A stretch of 64,000 bases of DNA from NCBI GenBank assembly GCA_963704885.1, contig CAVPIB010000001.1:896001-960000 (forward strand). Reading direction: 5' to 3'. Shown piece after piece: positions 1 to 8,686 of this stretch (position 1 is the stretch's first letter; each line of letters starts with the position of its first letter). The notes below the pieces were generated by a model. The model searched no databases. It worked only from the letters and a program-made list of their open reading frames with translations, and was not told the origin of the DNA. The position numbers and the translations under genes are program-made. This stretch comes from an uncultured Actinomycetes bacterium (lineage in GTDB: Bacteria > Actinomycetota > UBA4738 > HRBIN12).

Positions 1-240
1 GGCCGCGTCTGACCCGGGCACGTCGATCGATCGGATCTCGATCTCGCGGCCGTCCACGCCGCCGTCCAGGTTGGCCAGGTCGGCCGCCAGCAGGACCCCC
101 CGATACTCATCGATCCCGCCGGGGCCTTGGGAGCCCGAGAGTGGGTACACCGCACCCACCTGCAGGGTTCCGGAGCCGCCACCGCCGGAGCACGCCGCTC
201 CCAAGAGCGCGAACGCCAGCACGACCTTCGTGAGCCTCAT
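1..240 (-). CDS. ABC transporter substrate-binding lipoprotein, branched-chain amino acid (LivJ-like) family; runs off the window edge
   Basis: Manual translation MRLTKVVLAFALLGAAC-SGGGGSGTLQVGAVYPLSGSQGPGGIDEYRGVLLAADLANLDGGVDGREIEI. It has a lipobox and the G-x-x-x-P-L-S-G ... N-x-x-G-G-V-x-G pattern. The ATG overlaps the stop of the upstream gene (TGATG). Confidence 0.8.
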   Translation of the reverse strand, partial: MRLTKVVLAFALLGAACSGGGGSGTLQVGAVYPLSGSQGPGGIDEYRGVLLAADLANLDGGVDGREIEIRSIDVPGSDAA

Positions 241-827
241 CACCGCATCGTCACCGCCAGCAGGTTGGCCGCGGCGTGGGTCGCCGCGGGAACGCCCCAT
301 GTTCCCGATGCCCACCGCTGCCACGAGAGCAGCAGGCCGGCCCCCAGGTCCACGGGGAACGCCGCAACGCCGTACAGAGGCACGTGGATCGCGGCGAACA
401 TCAAGGCCGAACCGACGACGGCCACTGCGACCCCGTAGCGTTCCAGCCATCCGTAGGCAGCCCGCCGGAAGAGCGCCTCTTCGGCGACGGCGGCGAACAG
501 GGCGAGTGGGAGAGCGGTCGCGCCGAGAGGGGCGGCGGGGATACGGCCCCCGGCCACCGCGGCCACACCGACGCCCGCCAGGCCGAGTGCCAGGACGGCG
601 GCCGCGTTGAGCCGGACCCGGTCGCGCGCGGCCGGCGCCAGGAGCGAGGCCGCCAGGACCGCGCCGTAGAGCCCCGTCAGCAAGACGATCCGCGTAGCGT
701 CCGGAGTGCGAAGGATCCATGTTCGGAGCAGGAGCACGGTGATGGCAGCGGCGACGAGGAGCGCCGTCCAGATGTCGAGCCGCGACGCGACGCGCATGTC
801 CGCGACACGCGGGCTCGCGACGCTCAC
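240..827 (-). CDS. CPBP (CAAX/Abi) family intramembrane glutamic endopeptidase
   Basis: Multiple transmembrane (TM) segments; motifs EEALFR, FAAIH and ATHAAAN. Confidence 0.85.
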   Translation of the reverse strand: MSVASPRVADMRVASRLDIWTALLVAAAITVLLLRTWILRTPDATRIVLLTGLYGAVLAASLLAPAARDRVRLNAAAVLALGLAGVGVAAVAGGRIPAAPLGATALPLALFAAVAEEALFRRAAYGWLERYGVAVAVVGSALMFAAIHVPLYGVAAFPVDLGAGLLLSWQRWASGTWGVPAATHAAANLLAVTMR

Positions 828-1270
828 GCCTTCACCTCGAACGCCACGGCCACGATTACGCGGGGATCGAACGGCGCATGATCCGTGGCGACGAACTCCA
901 CCTTGAGCAGGTGCTGGCCCGGGGTGAGATTCGCGATGAGTTGTTCGAGCTCACCCGTCATGGTGACGAGCTGCTCGTCCAGGATGACGTGTAGGTGCCC
1001 CTCGTCGGGAACGACGTCCGTGGTGGTGGCGGCGACCACCTTCGCGTCCTTCAGCGACACCTTCAGCTGGACCGTGGTGCCTCGGATCACCTGCCCGTTC
1101 TTCGGGGAGACGATCGCAAGCTTCGCCGTGCTGGCGGGTCGGTCCGCGGCCGCGGTCGGCGCGGGCGAGGTTGGGCTCGGGGATCCGGCGTCACCTGAGC
1201 CGCAGGCGCTCGCCAAGACGACGAGCGACAGGCTGACGATGATCGCTCGTCCGCGGGATCTGCGCCTCAC
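824..1270 (-). CDS. Lipoprotein with GHLH-motif Ig-like domain (DUF4399-like), putative metal binding
   Basis: Lipobox LASAC; motifs GHLHVILD and DHAPFDPRV. GTG start at 1270 follows GGGGAG. Paralog of 3272..3835. Confidence 0.65.
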   Translation of the reverse strand: MRRRSRGRAIIVSLSLVVLASACGSGDAGSPSPTSPAPTAAADRPASTAKLAIVSPKNGQVIRGTTVQLKVSLKDAKVVAATTTDVVPDEGHLHVILDEQLVTMTGELEQLIANLTPGQHLLKVEFVATDHAPFDPRVIVAVAFEVKA

Positions 1271-1283
1271 GTCACACTCCCCT

Positions 1284-3240
1284 TCATATCGATTGCTCGA
1301 AGGATGCCACCAGCACGGCCCCGTCACCCGTCGTTGCTCGCAGGGAGAAGGTCCACAGACCGCTCGAGAGCGTGGTGTCGGATACGAAGTGTCCGGGGGA
1401 GAACCACTGGAGCTGGAGGATCGCCGCCGCGCCGTCGGGAGCGATCGCGATCATCTGAGCGTCTTCCAACTCCAGCTCGTTCCCGGTCGCGTCGAACGCC
1501 GTCAGGTGCAGCTGGCTCGGGCCGGCTACCGCCGGGTCGTTATACGCCTGGATCTGTACGCCACCCGGCAGCGTGATCGTGTAGAGGTCCGGCTGGCCCT
1601 CCGCAGTGGCTACGGAGACGGTCTGCTCCGGGCGCGTCACCAGCGTCAACGGTATCTCGGTTCCGGTCGACGAGGTCTGCACCACAACCGTTATGGTCCA
1701 GACCCCTTGGAGCGAGAGCTGCGTGCCGGTCGCCTGCCACCGCTCGCCCTCGCGCATCAGGTCCAGTGAGCTGGAGCCGACCCCGGCCTGTCCGATGGGC
1801 TCGAACCTGAGGGAGACATCGTTCGCGTCGATAGGCATGCCCGAGTCGAAGTCGGTCACTCGGACGTCGAACGTGTTGGGCCCTGCCGTGCCCGGTGTGA
1901 CGACGAGCCTGACATTCATGGTCGTGGCGAAGTCACTACCGTTCAACGTCGTGCGCTGCTCCACGGCGGGCGAGGCCGCGGCGGGTGGCTGCGGTGGCAG
2001 TCCGGTGAGCGTCCCGGTCAGGGCGAAGACACCCACGGCTCCGATCAGCTCGATCGCCATCACCCGGCGGATCAGGCCGGGACGGTCCTGAAGCCGCGGT
2101 ATGGAGCGATAGCGGTTGAACGCGCCGAGGGCGATGAGCAGGGCGACCACGGCGATCTTGATCGTGAGCGTGGTGCCGTAGGGGGTCTGGAAGAGCGGCA
2201 AGAGCTCGGTGAGGCCGCCTATCTCCTCGAAGGACCTAAGGACACCTGTAACGAGCACGACCGCCAGGGCGTAGCCTGCCAGCCTCGAGTAACGGCGGAT
2301 GTGGCGAGCGGTCTCATCCGCTCCGACCGCGCCGGGCGTCCTCTTCACCCCTTCGGTCGGATCGGATCAGCAGGAGCGCGAGAGCTATGCCGCCGATCCA
2401 CACGCCGATCGCCATGAAGTGGAGCCACTGCAGCGAGATCTGGACCGCCGGGGTGTCCGCGGCGGCGGCGTGGCCTCCCATGGCACGGACGAGCATGGCC
2501 GCCGCCGCGGTCTCCCCGACGACGGCGAGCGATGTGCGGCCGGACCTGCCAGCGGCGATGAGCGCCGCGACGGCTGCCACAGAAGCGGTCACCGACAACA
2601 GGATCGGATCGCGGCCCGTGTTCGATGAGAGCAGTTCGGTAAGCGAAACGTCGAGCGTGGCGCTTTGAGCCAGGACCATCGTCACGGCACCCAGTACCGC
2701 GAGAAGGGCTCCGATACGGAGCACCGTTCGCCGGGCGGGAACCACGCCGCCGAACGCCCATAGGCCCACTACGGCCGAGGCGAAGAGCAGGGCGAGCCCC
2801 GCGTACAGCGCCACCCTGCCCGCGACGCTCGCGAGCGACGGCGGGGGAGTAGCTTGCACCTGCACGCTGGGCTCTATCGCCGACCCAGGCGGCACGCCCA
2901 CGCCGAAGCCGAACGCGCCGGCCGAGGAGTGGCCGTCCGTCTCGGAGACCACGCGCCAGCTGACGGTGTAGACGCCGTCGGGCAGATCCGCGGGCAAGCT
3001 GATCCGGAGCTGATCGTCCGGGCCGGGCACGGCCTCGACTGGACCCGACTCGACGGGTGTGCCGTTCACGTCCAGGACGTGGACGATCGAGAGACGCGGA
3101 TCGGGTGGTTCGGTGAACGTCAGGGTGACCGTCGCCGGCGCGACATCCAGCGCGGCTCCGGACGCCGGGTCGGAGCTGGCCAGGCTGGCGTGCGCGTTGG
3201 CCACTCCGGCGAACGTCAGGGCGGACAGCCCCGCGAGCAA
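1284..3240 (-). CDS. copCD: CopC-CopD fusion copper resistance/uptake protein with C-terminal YtkA/FixH-like domains; frameshift near 2350
   Basis: ANA|HASLASSDP and YTVSWRVVSETDGH (CopC); GHAAA and WLHFMAIGVWIGG (CopD). CopD continues in ORF 1284..2348 (RYSRLA, YGTTLTIK, LGAFNR). The frame changes at the AGGGG run at about 2348-2352. Confidence 0.85.
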
Positions 3241-3271
3241 GAAGACCGCGATCGAGCGCCTGAGCGTGGTG

Positions 3272-3835
3272 TCAAGTGGACGCCCCAGCGGTGAACGCGA
3301 CGGTAGTTACCACCCGCGGGTCGAACGGGCCGTGATCCGCGGCCACGAACTCGGCCCGCAGCGTGTGCGATCCGGGGTCGAGTCCTGTGAGGTCGACCAG
3401 CTGGACCACGCCGTAGGTCATCGATACCAGCTGCCCGTCGAGCGAGAGATGGATGTGGCCGGTATCGGGGGTGAGCGCCGTGCTCGCGCTGTCGATCACG
3501 CGTCCTCCGGTCAGCTCCATCACCACCTCGGCTTGGTCCTCCTCGACATCCTCACCTGCAGTCGGTCTTTGGATCGTCAGCGTGGCAGTGGACGCGGGTC
3601 TCACGCCGCCCGGTGCGACGTTCGCGGGGTTCGGACGCATGAACTGTCGAGGCAGTATGAGCCCCGCGACCACCATCACCACGGCCACGCCCGACAGCAC
3701 CCACGCGGTCGCGAGGGGCAGCCGCGGGAACCCCCGTCCCCGGAGGCGGGACAGTCCCGCCCACCCGACCCACAGGCCCACGACGACGATCAGTAGCGTG
3801 ATCTGCTCGTCGGGGCTTCCTCCGTGCGCCAACAC
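3272..3835 (-). CDS. Membrane-anchored GHIH-motif protein (DUF4399-like), paralog of 824..1270
   Basis: Two TM helices, then GHIHLSLD and DHGPFDPRV. Confidence 0.65.
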   Translation of the reverse strand: MLAHGGSPDEQITLLIVVVGLWVGWAGLSRLRGRGFPRLPLATAWVLSGVAVVMVVAGLILPRQFMRPNPANVAPGGVRPASTATLTIQRPTAGEDVEEDQAEVVMELTGGRVIDSASTALTPDTGHIHLSLDGQLVSMTYGVVQLVDLTGLDPGSHTLRAEFVAADHGPFDPRVVTTVAFTAGAST

Positions 3836-3841
3836 CTGCGG

Positions 3842-4492
3842 CTAGCTCCGCTTCCTGGTGACCAACGCCGCGACACCCACGATCAGGCCGAGCGCGCCGA
3901 GCACGATCCCGAGCATGCCGACGGTCCTGGCGCTCGCGGCCGCGTCGTTCGCGGCGTCGATCTCGCCGGCCGCTATCGCGAGCTCGCCGGCTGTCCTCTC
4001 CGATTCTTTCTCGATGCGCGAGGCCAGATCCGAGTTAGTGGGGTACTGCACCGGCGGGAACGTCGCGGCGGCGATGTCCTGGGCTTCGTCGAACGTCTTG
4101 GGTCCCGACGTGACGGACAGGGCGACCTCGTCGTCGCCGACCGAACCGGCGAGCGTGAACGTGTACGGGCCCGCCTGAGACGGGACGAAGGGCGCCTGGA
4201 ACTGCCCGGGCTCCTCCATCGGCTCGAACACCATCGGATCCGATGTCTGGTCGCCGAACCCGAGCGTGACCGTGAGCGAGTCTCCGACGTCGGTCACGGC
4301 GTGACCATCCCGCCTGAGCGCGAGGAAGACGGCGTTCGGCACGCCCACGAAGACCGGCTCATCGCGGAACCCGATCTCGAGCTCGAGCGGTCCCACTGTC
4401 TCTTCCGTATGTCCGGTCGCGACCTCGGGGACGAACATGACCATCGTTGCCGCCAAGACGGCGGCGGCCGAGAGCTTCGCTGGGATACGCAT
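3842..4492 (-). CDS. Exported, C-terminally anchored protein with N-terminal His after the signal peptide (putative copper binding)
   Basis: ATG at 4492 with SD GGAAGGAG; signal peptide ending VATG|HTEE; C-terminal TM followed by RKRS. Confidence 0.65.
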   Translation of the reverse strand: MRIPAKLSAAAVLAATMVMFVPEVATGHTEETVGPLELEIGFRDEPVFVGVPNAVFLALRRDGHAVTDVGDSLTVTLGFGDQTSDPMVFEPMEEPGQFQAPFVPSQAGPYTFTLAGSVGDDEVALSVTSGPKTFDEAQDIAAATFPPVQYPTNSDLASRIEKESERTAGELAIAAGEIDAANDAAASARTVGMLGIVLGALGLIVGVAALVTRKRS

Positions 4493-4571
4493 AGGTGGTG
4501 CTCCTTCCGTCGTCTGATGTTCGCGCCGGCAGGCGCCAGGGCTCGATCCCTCAGAGAGCGGTCGGAGGACC
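4493..4571 (-). promoter_or_regulatory. Predicted mRNA structure pairing the RGPP codons with the downstream SD
   Basis: On the minus strand GGUCCUCCG (4563-4571) is complementary to CGGAAGGAG (4501-4509) with one bulge. UCUGA (4551-4555) pairs with UCAGA (4513-4517). Two inner hairpins: AGGG/CCCU and GCGCC/GGCGC. Confidence 0.55.
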
Positions 4572-5117
4572 TCGAACGCCGGTCGCGAACAGCTCGCGTC
4601 CGGTCGGGGCGAACGCACCCGTTGGAAGCGCGTACGCCGCCACCTGGCGCTGCGGCGCCTCCGCCCCCGTCGCCAGGGACGCGACTCGGTCGGCGAGGCG
4701 CAGCAGCCAACGGATGGCCGCGGCCGCCAGGGATGCGACCCCGATCTGCGCGGCGATGCCCAGCGGCAAGAGGTGCGCCTGGAACAGTCCGGCGAGCGCT
4801 GCGCCCGTCGCCACACGTTCGAGGACCTCCATCCCCAGGAAGGCGCTCACCTGGAACGCGATCATCCGCTGGGTGACGGACACACCATCGTCTGTGCTCC
4901 GCTTCGTCAACCTGCTCAGGAAGATCGAGGCGAACGCCACGAGCGCCGCCACGAGCGCGATGTCGCTCACGAGATCGAGGTACGAGTGTCCGGTGTCGTG
5001 AAGGATCACCGCGCGCTCGTGGGCACTGGGCGAGACGGCCAGGTAGGTCAGCCAGTGGCCTGCCAGCACGCCGCCTACGGCGACACCCAGCGTCGCCAGG
5101 CGACGTCGAGGACTCAT
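4551..5117 (-). CDS. His-containing membrane protein ending in an RGPP arrest-like motif; candidate leader/sensor of the copper operon
   Basis: Leaderless start (TACAAT-7nt-ATG); about 4 TMs; GHWLTY and HERAVILHDTGHSY; C-terminus GVRGPPTAL. Confidence 0.7.
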   Translation of the reverse strand: MSPRRRLATLGVAVGGVLAGHWLTYLAVSPSAHERAVILHDTGHSYLDLVSDIALVAALVAFASIFLSRLTKRSTDDGVSVTQRMIAFQVSAFLGMEVLERVATGAALAGLFQAHLLPLGIAAQIGVASLAAAAIRWLLRLADRVASLATGAEAPQRQVAAYALPTGAFAPTGRELFATGVRGPPTAL

Positions 5118-5138
5118 GGCCCGGATTGTAGGCTTGCG

Positions 5139-5182
5139 GCCGGACAGAGCCTTGGGGGACGCCGGACAGAGCCTTGGGGGAC
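5139..5182. repeat. Perfect 22-bp tandem direct repeat (GCCGGACAGAGCCTTGGGGGAC x2)
   Basis: Read directly in the divergent intergenic region. Confidence 0.95.
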
Positions 5183-5190
5183 GGAAGACC

Positions 5191-6051
5191 GTGGATCCAC
5201 GAGACGTTCGGCACGTGGGGGTGGTGGGATGCGGCCTGATGGGCTCGGGCATCGTCGAGGTGGTCGCGCGCACAGGGAGCGAGGTGACCTTCGTCGAGGG
5301 GACCGACGAGCTGGTCGCGCGGGGCAGGGCGTCGATCGAACGCTCTGTGGGCAAGGCCGTTGATCGCGGCAAGATCCAGGAGGCCGATGCTCAGGCGCTG
5401 CTCGCGCGGGTGAACGGCGCGACCGACCTAGCCGCCCTCGAGGGATCCGATCTGGTCATCGAGGCTGCGACCGAGGATCTCCAGGCGAAGATCGCGATCT
5501 TCCGGACACTCGGAGAGATCATGCGACCCGAGGTCATCCTGGCGTCCAACACGTCGTCCATCCCGATCGTCGAGCTGGCGATAGCGTCGGGACGACCGGA
5601 CCGCGTGATCGGGATGCACTTCTTCAACCCACCGCCCGTCATGGCGCTCCTGGAGCTGACACCGGCGCTCACGACCTCCGACGAGACGGTGGCGCTCATC
5701 CGCGCCTACGGCACCGATGTGTTGGGCAAGACGTGCGTGCTGGCCAAGGATCAGGCGGGATTCATCGTGAACCGGCTGCTCACCCCCTACCTCTTCGATG
5801 CGGTCCGACTGTTGGAGCAGGGGTTCGCCTCGGCCGAGGACATCGACACCGCCGCGCATCTGGGGCTCGGCCATCCGATGGGACCGCTCGCGCTGCTGGA
5901 TCTGATCGGGCTGGACACCATGTTGAGCGTGGGCGAGGTGCTGTTCGAGGAGTTCCGCGACGAGCGCTACGCGCCGCCGCCGCTCCTGCGTCGGATGGTC
6001 GCCTCGGGGCGGCTGGGCCGCAAGTCAGGCGGCGGCTTCTACGAGGACTGA
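5191..6051 (+). CDS. hbd: 3-hydroxybutyryl-CoA dehydrogenase
   Basis: GCGLMGSGI Rossmann motif, SNTSS, GMHFFNP, GFIVNR, PMGP, GRKSGGGFY. GTG start at 5191. Confidence 0.93.
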   Translation: MDPRDVRHVGVVGCGLMGSGIVEVVARTGSEVTFVEGTDELVARGRASIERSVGKAVDRGKIQEADAQALLARVNGATDLAALEGSDLVIEAATEDLQAKIAIFRTLGEIMRPEVILASNTSSIPIVELAIASGRPDRVIGMHFFNPPPVMALLELTPALTTSDETVALIRAYGTDVLGKTCVLAKDQAGFIVNRLLTPYLFDAVRLLEQGFASAEDIDTAAHLGLGHPMGPLALLDLIGLDTMLSVGEVLFEEFRDERYAPPPLLRRMVASGRLGRKSGGGFYED

Positions 6052-6063
6052 CCCCTGGGCGGC

Positions 6064-6984
6064 CTATCCCTTCGCGCGGTCTATGAGGCCCGCCGTGTAT
6101 CCGGCGAGCTTCGCCGTGTCGATCCATCCCATCAACCCAGGGACGACCAACGTGGCGATCACGCGCTCTCGAGTGTCGGGGAGGCGGCGCCAGGCGCGAC
6201 GCAGCGGTGCGCGCGCGTACGTCACCGCACCCGCCGCCGCGATGACCCCGAGCCAGCGCCGTCGTGAGATCGCAGCGACGCCGAGCCCCGCGTACACACC
6301 GAACCGGAGAGCGTGACGCTCGGGGTACATCCCAGCCCGTGCGTCGCCGCGCGCGTAGCGGAAGTACTGGGTCCACGTGGCGCGCATGGTGGGTCGCAGG
6401 CGCCACGCCACGGTGGCGTCGGGGACGAAGCGCATGTCCAGTTGGAGCTCTCGCCAGCGGTGGTTCACCCACATGTCCTCGCCGATGTCGAGCCACTCGG
6501 GGTAGCCGCCCGCCGACTCGATCGCGCCGCGTCGGAAAGCCACCGAGCGGGCGCTCGGCATGAACGTCGCCGGATCCACCTCCTCGGGGCCTATCGGCAG
6601 GTTCACGGAGGCCAGGCACCCCTGGAGGAACCCGTCGGTGAGCGGCTCGTAGAAGCCCATCGAGACGTCGGCCCCGTCCTCGATCGGAGCCGAGATCCTT
6701 TCCAGCCAGGCCGGGTCGAGCACGCAGTCCGCGTCGCTCACCGCGATCAGGTCGTGGGCGGCGGCGGCGATCGCCAGGTTGCGGCCACGGGCGATGTTCG
6801 CGCCGCGCTCCTCTATCAAGGTGAGGCCCTCGACCCGACCGAGCAGGTCGACGGTCCCGTCGGTCGAGCCTCCGTCGACCACGATCAACTCGTCGGGCGT
6901 CCGCGTCTGCGCCGCGACCGACGCCATGAACTCCTCGATGTGGTCCGCGGCGTCCTTCACGGTGCAGATCAGTGAGACCTTCAC
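6064..6984 (-). CDS. Glycosyltransferase family 2 (in frame with the upstream GT4 as assembled)
   Basis: VSLICTVKD, VDGGSTDGT, GRNLAI, DADC, GEDM. It has its own GGAG-preceded GTG. Confidence 0.85.
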   Translation of the reverse strand: MKVSLICTVKDAADHIEEFMASVAAQTRTPDELIVVDGGSTDGTVDLLGRVEGLTLIEERGANIARGRNLAIAAAAHDLIAVSDADCVLDPAWLERISAPIEDGADVSMGFYEPLTDGFLQGCLASVNLPIGPEEVDPATFMPSARSVAFRRGAIESAGGYPEWLDIGEDMWVNHRWRELQLDMRFVPDATVAWRLRPTMRATWTQYFRYARGDARAGMYPERHALRFGVYAGLGVAAISRRRWLGVIAAAGAVTYARAPLRRAWRRLPDTRERVIATLVVPGLMGWIDTAKLAGYTAGLIDRAKG

Positions 6985-8121
6985 GACTGCTCCCGTCACC
7001 TGTCGGTAGACGCCGAGCGTAGCGCGCGCGGTCTCGGTCCACGAGAACATGGCAGCGCGCTCACGGCCGCGCCGCCGCAGGTCATCCGCCAGCGCGGGAT
7101 CGGTCAGCACGCGCGCGAGCGCGCCTGCGATCCCCCCGACGTCCTCGGGATCGACGAGCAGCGCGGCGTCTCCGGCCACCTCGGGCAGCGACGAGGTGTT
7201 AGAGGTCACGACCGGAGCACCCGCCGACATCGCCTCGAGGACCGGCAGGCCGAACCCCTCGTAGAGCGAGACATAGGCCACCACATCGGCGTCGGCATAG
7301 GCGGTGGCGAGGGTGTTCGCCGACAAACCTCCAGCTCGCACCACGCGGCCGGGCCCTCCCTTGGCGAGCTCGGCCCGGAGCTTATCGGCGCCCCACCCGT
7401 CGTCGCCGATGAGAACGAGCGACTGGGGTAACCCTTGCTCGGCCAGACGGCGATAGGCCTGAACCAGTCGCACCAGGTTCTTCCGGGGCTCGATCGTCCC
7501 CACGGCCAGGATGTATGGCGGCGTGATGCCGTGGTCGGCGAGCTCCTCGCGATCGGCCTCGACGATCTCGGCGGGAACCCACCGCTGCCAGGCTGCGAGC
7601 GGTGTCACGTGGATGCGCTCCGCGTCGACTCGACCGATCAGATCGTCCCGGACGCTCGACGACGGAACCAAGATCGCATCCGCGCGATCGATCGCGGCAC
7701 GCAGGCCTCGGCGGTAAAGAGCCAGCCACCTGCGCGGGAAGAGATCCGGATACCGCTCGAACGCCAGATCGTGGACGGTGACGACCAGTCGCTGGCCCGG
7801 ACGGACCGGAGGCACGGCGGCGTGGTTGGTGGCGTGGACGACGTCGTGATCGGCCAACGCGGACGGCAGGTTCGGCCGTCCAAACCAGTCCCACGCCGGG
7901 TAGAGGGTGCGGATCGACCAAGGCAGCTCAACGTCCGGGTAGCGCCCATCGGTCGTGAGCGGGGCTTGGGAAAGGTGCCGGCGCCTCCACTTCGAGTAGA
8001 ACGGCGTGAGCTCTAGGGCGGGATCTGCGGCGGGCAGGGCCTCCAGCAGCTCCCTGACGTAGGTGCCGATCCCCCCGGGCGCGCTGAACCACAGCTGATC
8101 GACGTGGAACGCGACCTTCAC
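6985..8121 (-). CDS. Glycosyltransferase family 4 (GT-B); no stop before the GT2
   Basis: [36 protein letters not shown] at 8121 overlaps the cupin stop. Confidence 0.9.
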
Positions 8122-8411
8122 CTGGAGGCCTCGACGCAGTCGCACCCTGCGGAACCCACCGTGGCCGAGTGCTCGGTCCCGGGGCCCAGATCCAACCGGT
8201 CGCCGGAGGCGAGCTCCACGTCGCCCTTGCGCGTGTGGAACACGATCGACCCCGACAGGCAGAACAGCACCTTGTGGTATCCGTGGTCGTGCCATCCGTA
8301 CGTGTCGCCGGGGCCGTTGCTCCAGGGGCGTGGCGAGGAGCAGCCCTCGGAGTGGAACGCCGCGAGCGCATCGGCTCGCGTCGCGGCCCCAGGCGTCCTC
8401 GTCGCCGCCAT
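8118..8411 (-). CDS. Small cupin-domain protein
   Basis: WHDHGYHKVL...GSI...L-x-x-GDRLDL...TEHSA cupin motifs. Confidence 0.8.
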   Translation of the reverse strand: MAATRTPGAATRADALAAFHSEGCSSPRPWSNGPGDTYGWHDHGYHKVLFCLSGSIVFHTRKGDVELASGDRLDLGPGTEHSATVGSAGCDCVEASR

Positions 8412-8426
8412 CGGGTCTTGGCCCGG

Positions 8427-8684
8427 CTACCGGACGTCGCCGCGGCCGTGCATCGGCGGCACGCCGCGACGCGCGAACTCCCCCGTCTGCCCGTGCCAAG
8501 GTTCGCGCGCGTAGCGCCGGACCTGGAGCCCGCCCAGCCCGGTCGCGTCGATCCGGCCCTGCAACACCCACGGGGTCGGTTTGGGGCTCTCCTGCATGAA
8601 GTAGCGCTCAAGCGCGGTCAAGATCGCGCGCTCATCCTCGGGAGACAGGCCGTCGGGCAGCTCGAACGTTCGATCGCCGTCCAT
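8427..8684 (-). CDS. Small protein, probable acyl-CoA carboxylase epsilon-like subunit
   Basis: Immediately follows the carboxyltransferase beta gene; SPEDERAILTAL ... PW-x-x-x-GR resembles the AccE/PccE pattern. Confidence 0.55.
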   Translation of the reverse strand: MDGDRTFELPDGLSPEDERAILTALERYFMQESPKPTPWVLQGRIDATGLGGLQVRRYAREPWHGQTGEFARRGVPPMHGRGDVR

Positions 8685-8686
8685 GG

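Noticed and set aside
2340-2360. copCD split as a pseudogene or programmed frameshift
   Set aside because: It is a single-base shift at a short G run. Similar shifts at about 3270, 20405, 28092 and 38941 point to indel sequencing error, and no slippery heptamer was seen.
8118-8411. Cupin as the missing RmlC
   Set aside because: At 97 aa it is too short and lacks the RmlC D-x-RG-x-F and RGLH motifs.
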